64,000 nucleotides of DNA from Dehalococcoidia bacterium (GTDB lineage Bacteria; Chloroflexota; Dehalococcoidia; UBA2979). Below are positions 50,621 to 59,498 of the stretch, in pieces. Both the position numbers and the translations under genes were made by a program. The notes beneath the pieces were generated by a model. The model was given only the letters and a program-made list of their open reading frames with translations. It had not been told where the DNA came from and did not search any database. Numbering within the stretch: position 1 is the stretch's first letter; every line of letters begins with the position of its first letter. The stretch spans positions 2,560,001 to 2,624,000 of the forward strand of contig OZ253555.1 of assembly GCA_965262725.1 (NCBI GenBank). Reading direction: 5' to 3'.

Positions 50621-51107
50621 GCTTCAACTATCGGCGGAACGAGGGCAACAGCACAGACGGCGGCTGCCACAATCGGTTACCTGTTGGCATGAGCGCAATC
50701 GGCAGGCTGGCGCTGGGTCGGGTCAGCGGAGGCAGCAGCGGCGGTCAGTGCATTCGGCTCGCAGAGCTCGCCTACATCCGCAACACGGCCCCGTGGCGGG
50801 TGATGCGAAGGGCTACTCCTGGCGCGAGTCCCATGCGGTCCCGCCGCCGTGCAGGGCCCCCGGCCGCGAGATGGTTGAAACAGGATCCTCGTCCTGTCGC
50901 GGGGCGCGGCGATGTCGGATCAGCGTGCCGACGGGCACTCGGATCCGGCCGGTCAGCCCTGGCAGAGGGACCGAATCGACTCGTACGGACGGGGCCGCCA
51001 TGGACAGCACCCGTCGTGGCGCGTGACGGGCCACGAGTCTGTCCGCTCCTCGGATAGATGGTTTCCTCCGGTAGCGGGGAAAGCCGGTCGTCCGTGGCGC
51101 CGAGGCC

Positions 51108-51632
51108 TCAGGCAGCGACCCACCCTTCAGAGAGGACTTCCGCCTGTTCCAGCACCGTCAGCGTCGCCTGCTCCTGCTTGTCCGGCGGGTAGCCGTGTCG
51201 TCGCAGGATGCGCCTCACCAGGCGGCGAAGGTTGGCGCGCACGTTCTCGCGCAGTGTCCAGTCGATCGTGACGTTGCGGCGGACGGTCTCGACGAGCTCG
51301 CGGGCGATGGCGCGCAGCGCCTCGTCCCCGAGGACCTGCACCGCGCTGTCGTTGGTCTCGAGGGCGTCGTAGAAGGCGAGTTCGTCCTCGGTCGGGCCGA
51401 GCTGCTCGCCGCGCAACGTCGACAGCCCCCGAATGTAGATGAGCTGCCGCTGAGCTTGCCCGGGATTCCCGCGACGCGCATCCAGACGGGCCGTGAAGTA
51501 GTGCACGCCGCGGATGGTGTCGTCGGGGAACAGCGTCGCGGCCAACTTGCGAAGGTCCAGCCACCGGAAGGGAGTGTCCTTGAGGGCACGATAGTAGAGA
51601 TTGAAGCCGTCAACGTAGACGTTGGTGATCAA
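51108..51632 (-). pseudogene. In-frame chimera: NYN-domain N-terminus fused to a type I HsdR C-terminus (DUF3387-like)
   Basis: [10 protein letters not shown]...HYFTA joined at ~51413 to [15 protein letters not shown]...TIDW...[15 protein letters not shown]. Confidence 0.82.
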
Positions 51633-51712
51633 TCGCTACCCTCACAGAAAGACAGAGACCGCCGCGAGGGCGGTCTCCACCCTGCCGTCGAATCGGCAGG
51701 GGTAGTCGAATG

Positions 51713-51741
51713 ACACTACCGCGGCCACCGCCCCCCGTCAA
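51713..51741 (-). promoter_or_regulatory. Sigma70-type promoter for the NYN gene
   Basis: TTGACG (51741..51736), 17-bp spacer, TAGTGT (51718..51713). Confidence 0.6.
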
Positions 51742-51846
51742 CGGATTCGGGACTACTCACATGAGTGGCGTCCGGGGCGCGAGCGGGGCTACCGGAGCGG
51801 AGCGTGTCCCACAACGCGCCTCGGGTGGGGCGGTGGGCTGCATGCG

Positions 51847-52329
51847 TTGCGCGCCGCCGGCCAACGCCCGGTCGTCCGGCGTCCCGCCGCGTGCTGCGGG
51901 CTTGCCTCCGCGATCTCGCGACGCATGCCGGTGGAATCTGAGCCGGTGTTTCGCGGATCTCACGTCTGGAGCCCTCAGGCCACTCGTCGGAGGGATCGCG
52001 GCGATGGAGATGCGGGGCGCGTCAGCCAGTGGGGTCCGTTCGGCGGGCACGTCGAGAGAGGTGAAGAGCTGGAGCAGGCCCTGCGCCGCGAGGCCCGCGA
52101 AGAGCTCGGCATCGACGTGCGGACGTTCAGGCGGCTCGGGAAGATACACGACCCGAAGGACATAGAGCCCGCGGTGATTCATGTCTATACGGTCCTCTCG
52201 TGGGACGGCGAGCCCGCGAACGCGGCACCCGAGGAGCACACGGAGGCACGCTGGTTCCGTGTGGGCGAGTTGCCGGTGTCCGAGGCGCTTGATGCCTATC
52301 GGGCGCTCATCCCCGAGGCGCTACGCTGA
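51847..52329 (+). pseudogene. NUDIX hydrolase; the N-terminal part appears disrupted
   Basis: Nudix box GGHVERGEELEQALRREAREELGI. Confidence 0.75.
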
Positions 52330-53036
52330 GTTCCGCGGATCGGACATGACCGGCCTCGCCCCGCCGGTCCGTCGGAACAGGATCGTTGTGACGGATCCCC
52401 AACGTCTGTCGACAGTCGCCTGTGTGGCATTCGCTCTAGCGCTCGCTGTCGCCTGGTCTGGCGCGGAGGATCCGGTTTCACCTCCGACCGCAACCGCGAC
52501 GCCGACTCGGTCGCCCGCGCCCGCCCCGGTCGCACCATCGGCGACTCGGGCACCGCCGACACCCACCGTGGCGACCGCGGCACGAACCCCCGGGCCCCTC
52601 CAAAACCCGTAGAAGCGCCGTCCTTTCAGGCCCACCACAGCTTCGAATTCCCTGAAGACTGTTCGCTGGGTTTCCCGTGCTCGCGCACGTACAGGACATC
52701 GATTGAGTCTAAGCCCGATTACGCCGATTGGCGCTCTGTTCACCCTCATGCTTCTGACGGTGGGCAGCGCCGGGCGGTCCGGCTCGCGCGAAGAGACCGG
52801 CTGTGCGAGGGATCGGCCGCGACGGGATTGAGTGCCGCCCTCGGTGGCCATCCCAGTTGCGCCGCCTCACCACTTCTTGCGCACCAGGCAAGTTCTTGCG
52901 CACCTGGCAAGTCGTTGCTGCTCGGACAACGATGGGTTGTCCGTCGAGATGCGTTTCCGGTAGGCCATCGGGGAGGGGGTCCGGTCACACAGTCAAGCGC
53001 TCCATTACGATTACGTCGATCCCCATAGGAGCGCGA

Positions 53037-55967
53037 ATGACCCCGGCCCCCGACACATCGGCCTCAACGTTCGCCGCCAAGTGGCGAGAGAACGCCCGGC
53101 GTGAGCGCCCTTCATCGCAGGAGCACTTCATCGACCTGTGCCGCCTGCTCGACGTTCCCACTCCGAACGAGAGCGACCCCAGCGGCGACTGGTACACGTT
53201 CGAGGCCGGCGCCGAGCGCACCAGCACAGGCAAGCAAGGATGGGCGGACGTCTGGAAGCGCGGGCACTTTGCGTGGGAATACAAGGGCGCCCACGCGAAT
53301 CTCGCAGCCGCCTACCAGCAGCTCCTCGACTATCGCGAGGCCCTCGAGAACCCGCCCATGCTCGTCGTCAGCGACATGGACGTGATCGAGGTCCGTACCA
53401 ACTTCACAAACACAAGCCGCAAGCTCTACACAGTCACCCTCGCCGACCTTGCCGCGGGTGGTGAGACGACTGCCGAAGTCCTTCGGGTCCTCCGCGCGGT
53501 CATGCTCGAGCCCGAGGTCCTGCGGCCCGAGCACACGCCGGACGAGATCACCAAGCAGGCCGCCACCCGCTTCGCGACGATCGCGCGCTCGATGCACGAG
53601 CGTGGCCACGATCCCGAGGCCGTGGCCCACCACCTGAACCGCATCATCTTCTGCCTCTTCGCGGAGGATGCTCGACTGCTGCCGCAGCGCCTCTTGACCG
53701 GGATGCTCGAGTCGCGGCGCTCCGACCCCCACGAGTTCGCGCGGGGACTCTCCGAGCTCTTCCGCCTCATGTCGGAGCGTGAGGCCGGCCGCTACTTCGG
53801 AAACGAGCGCGTCGAGTGGTTCAACGGGGGGCTGTTCGATGGCCCCGGCGTGATCCCGTCCACGACAGATGAGCTGGCGACGATGCTCGAGGCTGCGCAC
53901 CTCGACTGGTCGCGCGTCGAGCCGGCGATCCTCGGCACGCTATTCGAGCGGGGACTGGATCCGGACAAGCGCGGCCAGCTCGGCGCCCACTACACCGACC
54001 GCGAGAAAATCATGATGATCGTCGAGCCCGTCGTGCTCGAGCCGCTGCGCCGCGAGTTCGACACCGCGCGCGCCCGCGTCGAGGCGCTGATGGCGGGCCG
54101 AGACCCGACTCCGGTCACCCGGGAGGGTCGCCGCCGCGAGCGGCTGCCGGCCTGGGAACGAGGCGCCGAGGTGGAGTGGCGCTCCTTCCTCGACCGGCTG
54201 CGCACCGTGCGCGTGCTCGATCCGGCCTGCGGATCGGGGAATTTCCTCTACGTCACGCTGCGACTGCTCAAGGACCTGGAGCACTCGGTGATCCGTTGGG
54301 GTGCCGAGCGGTTGGGCATCACGGGGGAGTTTCCGCAGATCGGCCCGCACAACGTGCTGGGGATTGAGATCAACCCCTACGCCAGGGAGCTGGCCGGCGT
54401 CTCGATCTGGATCGGACACATCCAGTGGATGCTGGACCACGGCTACGGCTTCCCGCGCGACCCCGTGCTGCAGCCGCTCGACAACATCGAGCTGTGCGAT
54501 GCGATCCTCGCCCGTGACGCCGACGGCATGCCTGTCGCGGCGACGTGGCCGGATGCCGAGTTCGTCGTCGGTAATCCACCGTTCGTGGGAACCAAGCGGA
54601 TGCGCCTCGCTCTGGGAGATGACTACGTGGACGACATCTTCACGGCGTGGAACGGCGAGGTCGCGCGAGAGGCCGATCTCGCGTGCTACTGGCACGAGAT
54701 GGCCCGTCGGCAGATCGCTCGCGGCGCCACGCGCCGTGCCGGCCTGCTCGCGACGAACTCCGTCCGCGGCGGCGCGAATCGCACCACGCTCGATCGCGTC
54801 AAGGAGAGCGGCGACATCTTCACGGCATGGTCCGACGAGCCGTGGGTCGTCGACGGCGCTGCCGTGCGAGTCTCGATCGTGGCGCAGGACGACGGTTCCG
54901 AGGAGCAGCGAATTCTCGACGGAGAGTCGGTCGAGCGAATCAACAGCAACTTGACGACCGGCGTGGATCTCACGCGGGCGCGCATCCTTCCGGAGAATCA
55001 GGGCGTCTCCTTCATGGGGGACACCAAGGGCGGAGCTTTCGACATCCCCGGCGCACTGGCCCGTGAGATGCTGTCGCTCCCGACGAACGTCAACGGTCGC
55101 ACCAATGGCGACGTGGTCGTGCCGTGGCTCAACGGGATGGACATCACGCGACGACCGCGAGGGATGTTCATCATCGATTTCGGCACGGACATGTCCGAAG
55201 CCGATGCCGCGGCATACGAAGCGCCTTTCGAGTACGTCGCGGAGCACGTGCAGCCAGTGCGCGCTCGGGCCCGAAGCACTCAACCACACTGGTGGATACA
55301 CGAGCGTCCCCGGCCGGCGATGCGGGCAGCCTTGGCCCCGCTGTCGCGATTCATCGTTACGCCAAGAGTGGCAAAGCACCGGCTGTTCACTTGGTTCTCG
55401 GCGCCCACGCTCCCGGACAGCGCTACGATCGCGATCGCGCGCGAGGACGACTACGCCTTCGGCGTGCTGCACTCGCGGGTGCATGAGCTGTGGGCGCTGC
55501 GCACGGGGACGTGGCTCGGCGTCGGCAACGACCCACGCTATACACCCACGACCACCTTCGAGACCTTCCCCTTCCCGTGGTCGCTCGACACGCCGGACAA
55601 GGCACTGACGGCGCAGCAGCGAGGGCATCGCGACGCGATCGGCGCCGCGGGGCGGGCGCTGGACGAGGCGCGGCGGCTCTGGCTCAACCCGCCGGAGTTG
55701 GTGCGCGAGGAACCGGACGTGCTGCCCTCGTTCTCATCGCGCTTGATTCCGGTGGACGGGGACGCCCAGCAGCAGCTGCGCCAGCGCACACTCACCAATC
55801 TCTACAATCGGCGCCCCACCTGGCTCGTCAACCTTCACAACGCCATCGATGCTGTGGTCTTCGCCGCCTACGGTTGGCCAGAAGCGGGCGCGCCATGGGA
55901 AGTGGGGGACGAGGAACTGCTGGAGCGGCTCCTAGAGTTGAACCTCGGCCGTGGGGGCCTGTCATGA
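53037..55967 (+). CDS. MmeI-like type IIG/IIL restriction-modification enzyme (N6-adenine MTase)
   Basis: ADVWKRG.FAWEYK, FNGGLF, GAHYT, VLDPACGSGNFL and VGNPPF motifs; C-terminal TRD; AGGAG RBS before ATG 53037. Confidence 0.9.
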   Translation: MTPAPDTSASTFAAKWRENARRERPSSQEHFIDLCRLLDVPTPNESDPSGDWYTFEAGAERTSTGKQGWADVWKRGHFAWEYKGAHANLAAAYQQLLDYREALENPPMLVVSDMDVIEVRTNFTNTSRKLYTVTLADLAAGGETTAEVLRVLRAVMLEPEVLRPEHTPDEITKQAATRFATIARSMHERGHDPEAVAHHLNRIIFCLFAEDARLLPQRLLTGMLESRRSDPHEFARGLSELFRLMSEREAGRYFGNERVEWFNGGLFDGPGVIPSTTDELATMLEAAHLDWSRVEPAILGTLFERGLDPDKRGQLGAHYTDREKIMMIVEPVVLEPLRREFDTARARVEALMAGRDPTPVTREGRRRERLPAWERGAEVEWRSFLDRLRTVRVLDPACGSGNFLYVTLRLLKDLEHSVIRWGAERLGITGEFPQIGPHNVLGIEINPYARELAGVSIWIGHIQWMLDHGYGFPRDPVLQPLDNIELCDAILARDADGMPVAATWPDAEFVVGNPPFVGTKRMRLALGDDYVDDIFTAWNGEVAREADLACYWHEMARRQIARGATRRAGLLATNSVRGGANRTTLDRVKESGDIFTAWSDEPWVVDGAAVRVSIVAQDDGSEEQRILDGESVERINSNLTTGVDLTRARILPENQGVSFMGDTKGGAFDIPGALAREMLSLPTNVNGRTNGDVVVPWLNGMDITRRPRGMFIIDFGTDMSEADAAAYEAPFEYVAEHVQPVRARARSTQPHWWIHERPRPAMRAALAPLSRFIVTPRVAKHRLFTWFSAPTLPDSATIAIAREDDYAFGVLHSRVHELWALRTGTWLGVGNDPRYTPTTTFETFPFPWSLDTPDKALTAQQRGHRDAIGAAGRALDEARRLWLNPPELVREEPDVLPSFSSRLIPVDGDAQQQLRQRTLTNLYNRRPTWLVNLHNAIDAVVFAAYGWPEAGAPWEVGDEELLERLLELNLGRGGLS

Positions 55968-56034
55968 CGTTGCGAAGTGTTTCCGGGTAGGTCGGGACGC
56001 TGCAGCATCTGCTGCCCGCGGCGGCACCCCGCGG

Positions 56035-56555
56035 AGGATTCGAACCCTCGACCCTCAGTTCCGAAGACTCGCAGTGCTTGCCACTCGAGAGCCGTGCCGC
56101 CCGGCCATGTCTCGCGGGGGCTCCGCGGCCTCCTGCAGAAGCAGGCCATCGGCGTCCATCTCGGGGAGACGGTGCCAGCGGAAGTCCCGTTCCCCGTTGA
56201 GCGTCGCCTCTACGTCGAAGGAGCCGCAGGGCGACCTCCTGACCGCGTCGAGCAGTCGCGGTGGCGAACGCCGCCGTCGCACGCGATCTCGTGGGCTGCA
56301 TGCGGCCGGTCCTCGCGATGTGTTCTCAGCATGCGGAAACACCACCCGGACCCGCGTTGAGCCAATTCTGGCCTCTTGGAACGAATCCGGAACGAATCAG
56401 GAACGTTTGGAACTCTCGTGGAACGAATCCGGAACTTTCTGTGAACGCCTGATCGGAGGCTAGCCCTGCATCGCCGCGGCCCGCCAACAAGGGCGAGTGC
56501 GCACCGATGCGGAAGGGGCTGGCCGTGCGGGGTCCGCTGCTCGCCGTCGCCGGAG
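56035..56555. repeat. ~520-bp direct repeat, copy 2 (includes a tRNA-Arg(TCG)-like att fragment at ~56020..56069)
   Basis: Matches 46743..47264. Confidence 0.93.
56378..56446 (+). promoter_or_regulatory. Array of (G/T)GAAC direct repeats at mostly 11-bp spacing, upstream of the conjugation operon
   Basis: Motif starts at 56378, 56389, 56400, 56409, 56420, 56431 and 56442. Confidence 0.6.
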
Positions 56556-57694
56556 CGCTCGTCTGCTGGCTGCTGCTGGCCGCGCCCGCCCACGCGGAGC
56601 AGGCGCCGGATCCGCTCGCCGCCCTCACCCGGGCCGGCGCGCCTCTCGTCGCCGCGGCGCCGCCCTCACCCGCCGGCCCCACCGCACCGGCGGCGCCGAT
56701 GGTGGCCTCCGCGACGGCCCCGCTCACGGCACAACCCGGCACCGCCCCCGCGATCGGCATTCCCGGGCTCCCGAGCCCCTCCGACCTGCTGAGCGGGCTC
56801 GACCCGCGCGAGTGGGCGGCCGCGATCCTCGACGGCGTCGTGAGCGCGCTCGGGCGGGAGCTGCTCGGGGCGATGCGCAGCTTCATCGACTGGGCGCTCG
56901 GCTTCGGGGACTCCTCGCTCAACTTCGTGACGCGCACGCCCGCAGCGGGCTCCTACGAGAGCCCGACCGTGCGTGCCCTCTGGGACTTCTCGCGCGCGAT
57001 CGCCAACGCCGGTCTCGCGCTGGTGGTGATGTGGGGCGGCTTCAACGTCATGGTCCGGCAGCACATCGGCAGCCCCTACCACGGGGCGATGGAGCTCCTC
57101 CCTCGCGTCATCCTCGCCGCTCTCGCCGTGAATCTCACGCTCGAGTTCGCGGGCGTCCTCATCGAGGTCAACAACGCCTTCGCTGCCGCGATCGGCCAGG
57201 TCGGCCTGCCCGGCTACGAGCAGGCGAACGTCGCGCAGGAGGGGATCGCGCTCGTCGTCGTCTCGATCGCGTACGCCGTGATGGCGCTGCTGCTGGTCTT
57301 CCAGATGCTGATGCGGCTCGCGCTCCTGGACGTTCTGATCGTGCTCTCGCCGCTGATGGTGCTGCTCTGGGTGCTGCCGCAGACGCAGGGCTGGACGCGC
57401 TGGTGGGCGCATCTCTTCCCGATCACGGTCTTCCAGCAGGTGGTCCAGCTCGTCGTGCTGCGCCTCGGTGCGGCGCTGATGGTCGAGCTGGTGCCCGGCG
57501 GCGCTGCGGACGCGCTGCTGACTCTGCTCCTGGGCATCGCCATCGCCGCCCTGACGCTCCGGGTGCCCTCGCTCCTGCACGGCCAGGTGCAGCAGGCGGG
57601 CACCGGGGCGGGCGTCGCGCTCGTCGTGGCCGGCCGCGTTGCCGGCGTCGCAGCCGGCCGCGGTACCGCCGCCGCCGGCGCGGTGGGGAGGTAG
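56507..57694 (+). CDS. TrbL/VirB6-like polytopic conjugation protein
   Basis: Signal peptide and multiple TMs; LLPRVILAA..VN and R.A.L..L..LSPL...LWVLPQT..W...W patterns. Confidence 0.78.
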   Translation: MRKGLAVRGPLLAVAGALVCWLLLAAPAHAEQAPDPLAALTRAGAPLVAAAPPSPAGPTAPAAPMVASATAPLTAQPGTAPAIGIPGLPSPSDLLSGLDPREWAAAILDGVVSALGRELLGAMRSFIDWALGFGDSSLNFVTRTPAAGSYESPTVRALWDFSRAIANAGLALVVMWGGFNVMVRQHIGSPYHGAMELLPRVILAALAVNLTLEFAGVLIEVNNAFAAAIGQVGLPGYEQANVAQEGIALVVVSIAYAVMALLLVFQMLMRLALLDVLIVLSPLMVLLWVLPQTQGWTRWWAHLFPITVFQQVVQLVVLRLGAALMVELVPGGAADALLTLLLGIAIAALTLRVPSLLHGQVQQAGTGAGVALVVAGRVAGVAAGRGTAAAGAVGR

Positions 57695-57697
57695 CCC

Positions 57698-58108
57698 GTG
57701 CTCCAGGCAGCGCTCATCGCCAGCTCGCTCTTGGGCGACCTCCCGCGCGAGGCGATGCGCATCGCCGGCGCGGTCCTGCTGCTCGTCCTCGCCTCCGTGC
57801 TCGTGGTCGTGATCGCCGTGGCGGCGATGGTGGCGACGCTGCTCGCGGCACTTCCCGGCGTCGGCGGTCCCGAACCGCCTCCGCCTCCGCCCGAACACGC
57901 CACTGCCATCCCCGGTGTGAGCGCCGCGAGCGGCGTGCCCGGGGAGCTCCCGGTAATGGCGATCACCCCGGTGGGGCGCGGCTTCGGCGCCCGCGCGGCG
58001 ACACCGCCGCCCGGCGCCGCGCCGGTGCCCGGCCGCGTGAGCCACGCCGCCGAATTCATGACGGCACCCCCGCCCTCGCCGACCGCGTCTGCCGAGGCAG
58101 CGTCGTGA
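57698..58108 (+). CDS. Membrane-anchored Pro-rich hypothetical protein
   Basis: Tightly packed in the operon; one TM segment. Confidence 0.6.
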   Translation: MLQAALIASSLLGDLPREAMRIAGAVLLLVLASVLVVVIAVAAMVATLLAALPGVGGPEPPPPPPEHATAIPGVSAASGVPGELPVMAITPVGRGFGARAATPPPGAAPVPGRVSHAAEFMTAPPPSPTASAEAAS

Positions 58109-58647
58109 CCGGGCGCGGACCGGGCTACGCGCTGCTCGCGCTCGCCGCGCTGCTCGTAGCGATGGCCGTCACCTCCGCCTGGAGCGGGGCCTCGCGCCTC
58201 GCCGGGCGAGGTGAGGACGGCGCCGCGCGCGCGGCTGCCGATGCCGCCGCCGTGGAGGCCGCGGCGTCCGCGTTCGTGTCCGCCTACGGCGGCTTCGACT
58301 ACCGCGATCCGGATGGCTACACCGCGCGCCTCGCCGCGCTCTCCGCCGGCGAACTGCGCACCGCGCTCGCGGGCGCTGCGGTCGACCCCGCCGCCACCTC
58401 CGGACGGCGCCGGAGCCGCGCGTCCGTCGAGTCGGTCGCGGTCGAAGCACTCGCCGGCACTGCCGCGGAGGCGACGGTCCGTTCGCTGCAGCAGCGGAGC
58501 TGGCTCGACCCGGCGTCCGGACGCGCCGCCGGGGAGGAGGTCACGCAGGAGGTCCACCTGCGGCTCGTCCGCGAGGGCGGCCGCTGGCTGGTGACGGAGG
58601 TGCTTGTGATTAGCGAGGAGCCGGCCGGCGCACGGGGCGCCGACTGA
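58105..58647 (+). CDS. Single-TM protein, possibly VirB8/NTF2-like
   Basis: GTGA overlap; TM followed by A..FV.AY..FDY...LRLVREGGRWLV. Confidence 0.6.
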   Translation: MTGRGPGYALLALAALLVAMAVTSAWSGASRLAGRGEDGAARAAADAAAVEAAASAFVSAYGGFDYRDPDGYTARLAALSAGELRTALAGAAVDPAATSGRRRSRASVESVAVEALAGTAAEATVRSLQQRSWLDPASGRAAGEEVTQEVHLRLVREGGRWLVTEVLVISEEPAGARGAD

Positions 58648-58658
58648 GAAGGGAGCCA

Positions 58659-58892
58659 GTGATGGAAGAGGTCAACACGCTGTTCGGGAACCTGCTCAAC
58701 ATCGGCATCGGTGTGGCGGCGGCGGTCTCGGCGTTCTTCGTGATGTGGGGGGCCTTCCTCTACATGTCGGCGGCCGGATCGCCGCGCCAGATGGAGGCGG
58801 GCAAGACGGCGATCCTCAACGCGCTCGCGGGGTTTGCGATCGTGCTGCTGGCGCGCACGATCGCCGGCATCGTGCAGGGGGCGATGGCGTGA
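58659..58892 (+). CDS. TrbC/VirB2-like pilin
   Basis: Two TMs with GAFLYMSAAG.P...E.GK..I.NA..G. Confidence 0.8.
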   Translation: MMEEVNTLFGNLLNIGIGVAAAVSAFFVMWGAFLYMSAAGSPRQMEAGKTAILNALAGFAIVLLARTIAGIVQGAMA

Positions 58893-59287
58893 TGAGGCGC
58901 CACGAGATCCCGACCCACCTCGGCGTCGCCGACAGGGCCGTCCTCGGCCTGACGATGCGCCAGCTGCTCTCTGCCGCGGCCGGCCTGGCGCTGGCCCACG
59001 GCGCCGCGAGCGACCTGCCGCTGCCCCTGCCCGTCCGCCTCTGCGCGGCCGCGCTCGTGCTGGCCGCGGTGCTGCCGCTCGTCTTCTGGCGGCCCGCGGG
59101 GCGCCCGCTCGAGGAGTGGGTGTTCGTGCTGCTGCGCTACTGGGCCGTGCCCCGCGTCGCCGTGTGGAGGCCGCGTGAGCGTTCCGTGCCTCCGCGCGCG
59201 GCTCGCGAGGTGGTGCTGCGCCCGCTCGCAGCACCACCCGTCCACCCGGTGACGAGGAGGGGAGACGTGCATGCGACCGCGTCCTGA
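58892..59287 (+). CDS. PrgI-family (VirB3-like) protein
   Basis: HEIPTHL.V.DR...GLT.RQ and P.GRPLEEW motifs. Confidence 0.8.
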   Translation: MRRHEIPTHLGVADRAVLGLTMRQLLSAAAGLALAHGAASDLPLPLPVRLCAAALVLAAVLPLVFWRPAGRPLEEWVFVLLRYWAVPRVAVWRPRERSVPPRAAREVVLRPLAAPPVHPVTRRGDVHATAS

Positions 59288-59498
59288 CCGGAGACGGCGG
59301 TGGCGGCCGTTCGGGAAGCGCGCTCACCCGGCCGAGCAGCGGGCCGAGCAGCGGGCCCATCAGCGGTCCCATCAGCGGGCACGACGGGAAGCACGCAGGC
59401 AATCGCACCGGATCAGGAGACGCACGTGGCGAGCACGCATGAGGCGCTACCGCTGATGGAACGCGGAGCCCGGCCGGTGACGAGGAAGGGAGTGGCAC

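Noticed and set aside
56497-58104. 716-aa ORF 56497..58647 as a single gene
   Set aside because: The first ~535 codons are an Arg-rich alternative frame over real genes; only 58105..58647 looks protein-like
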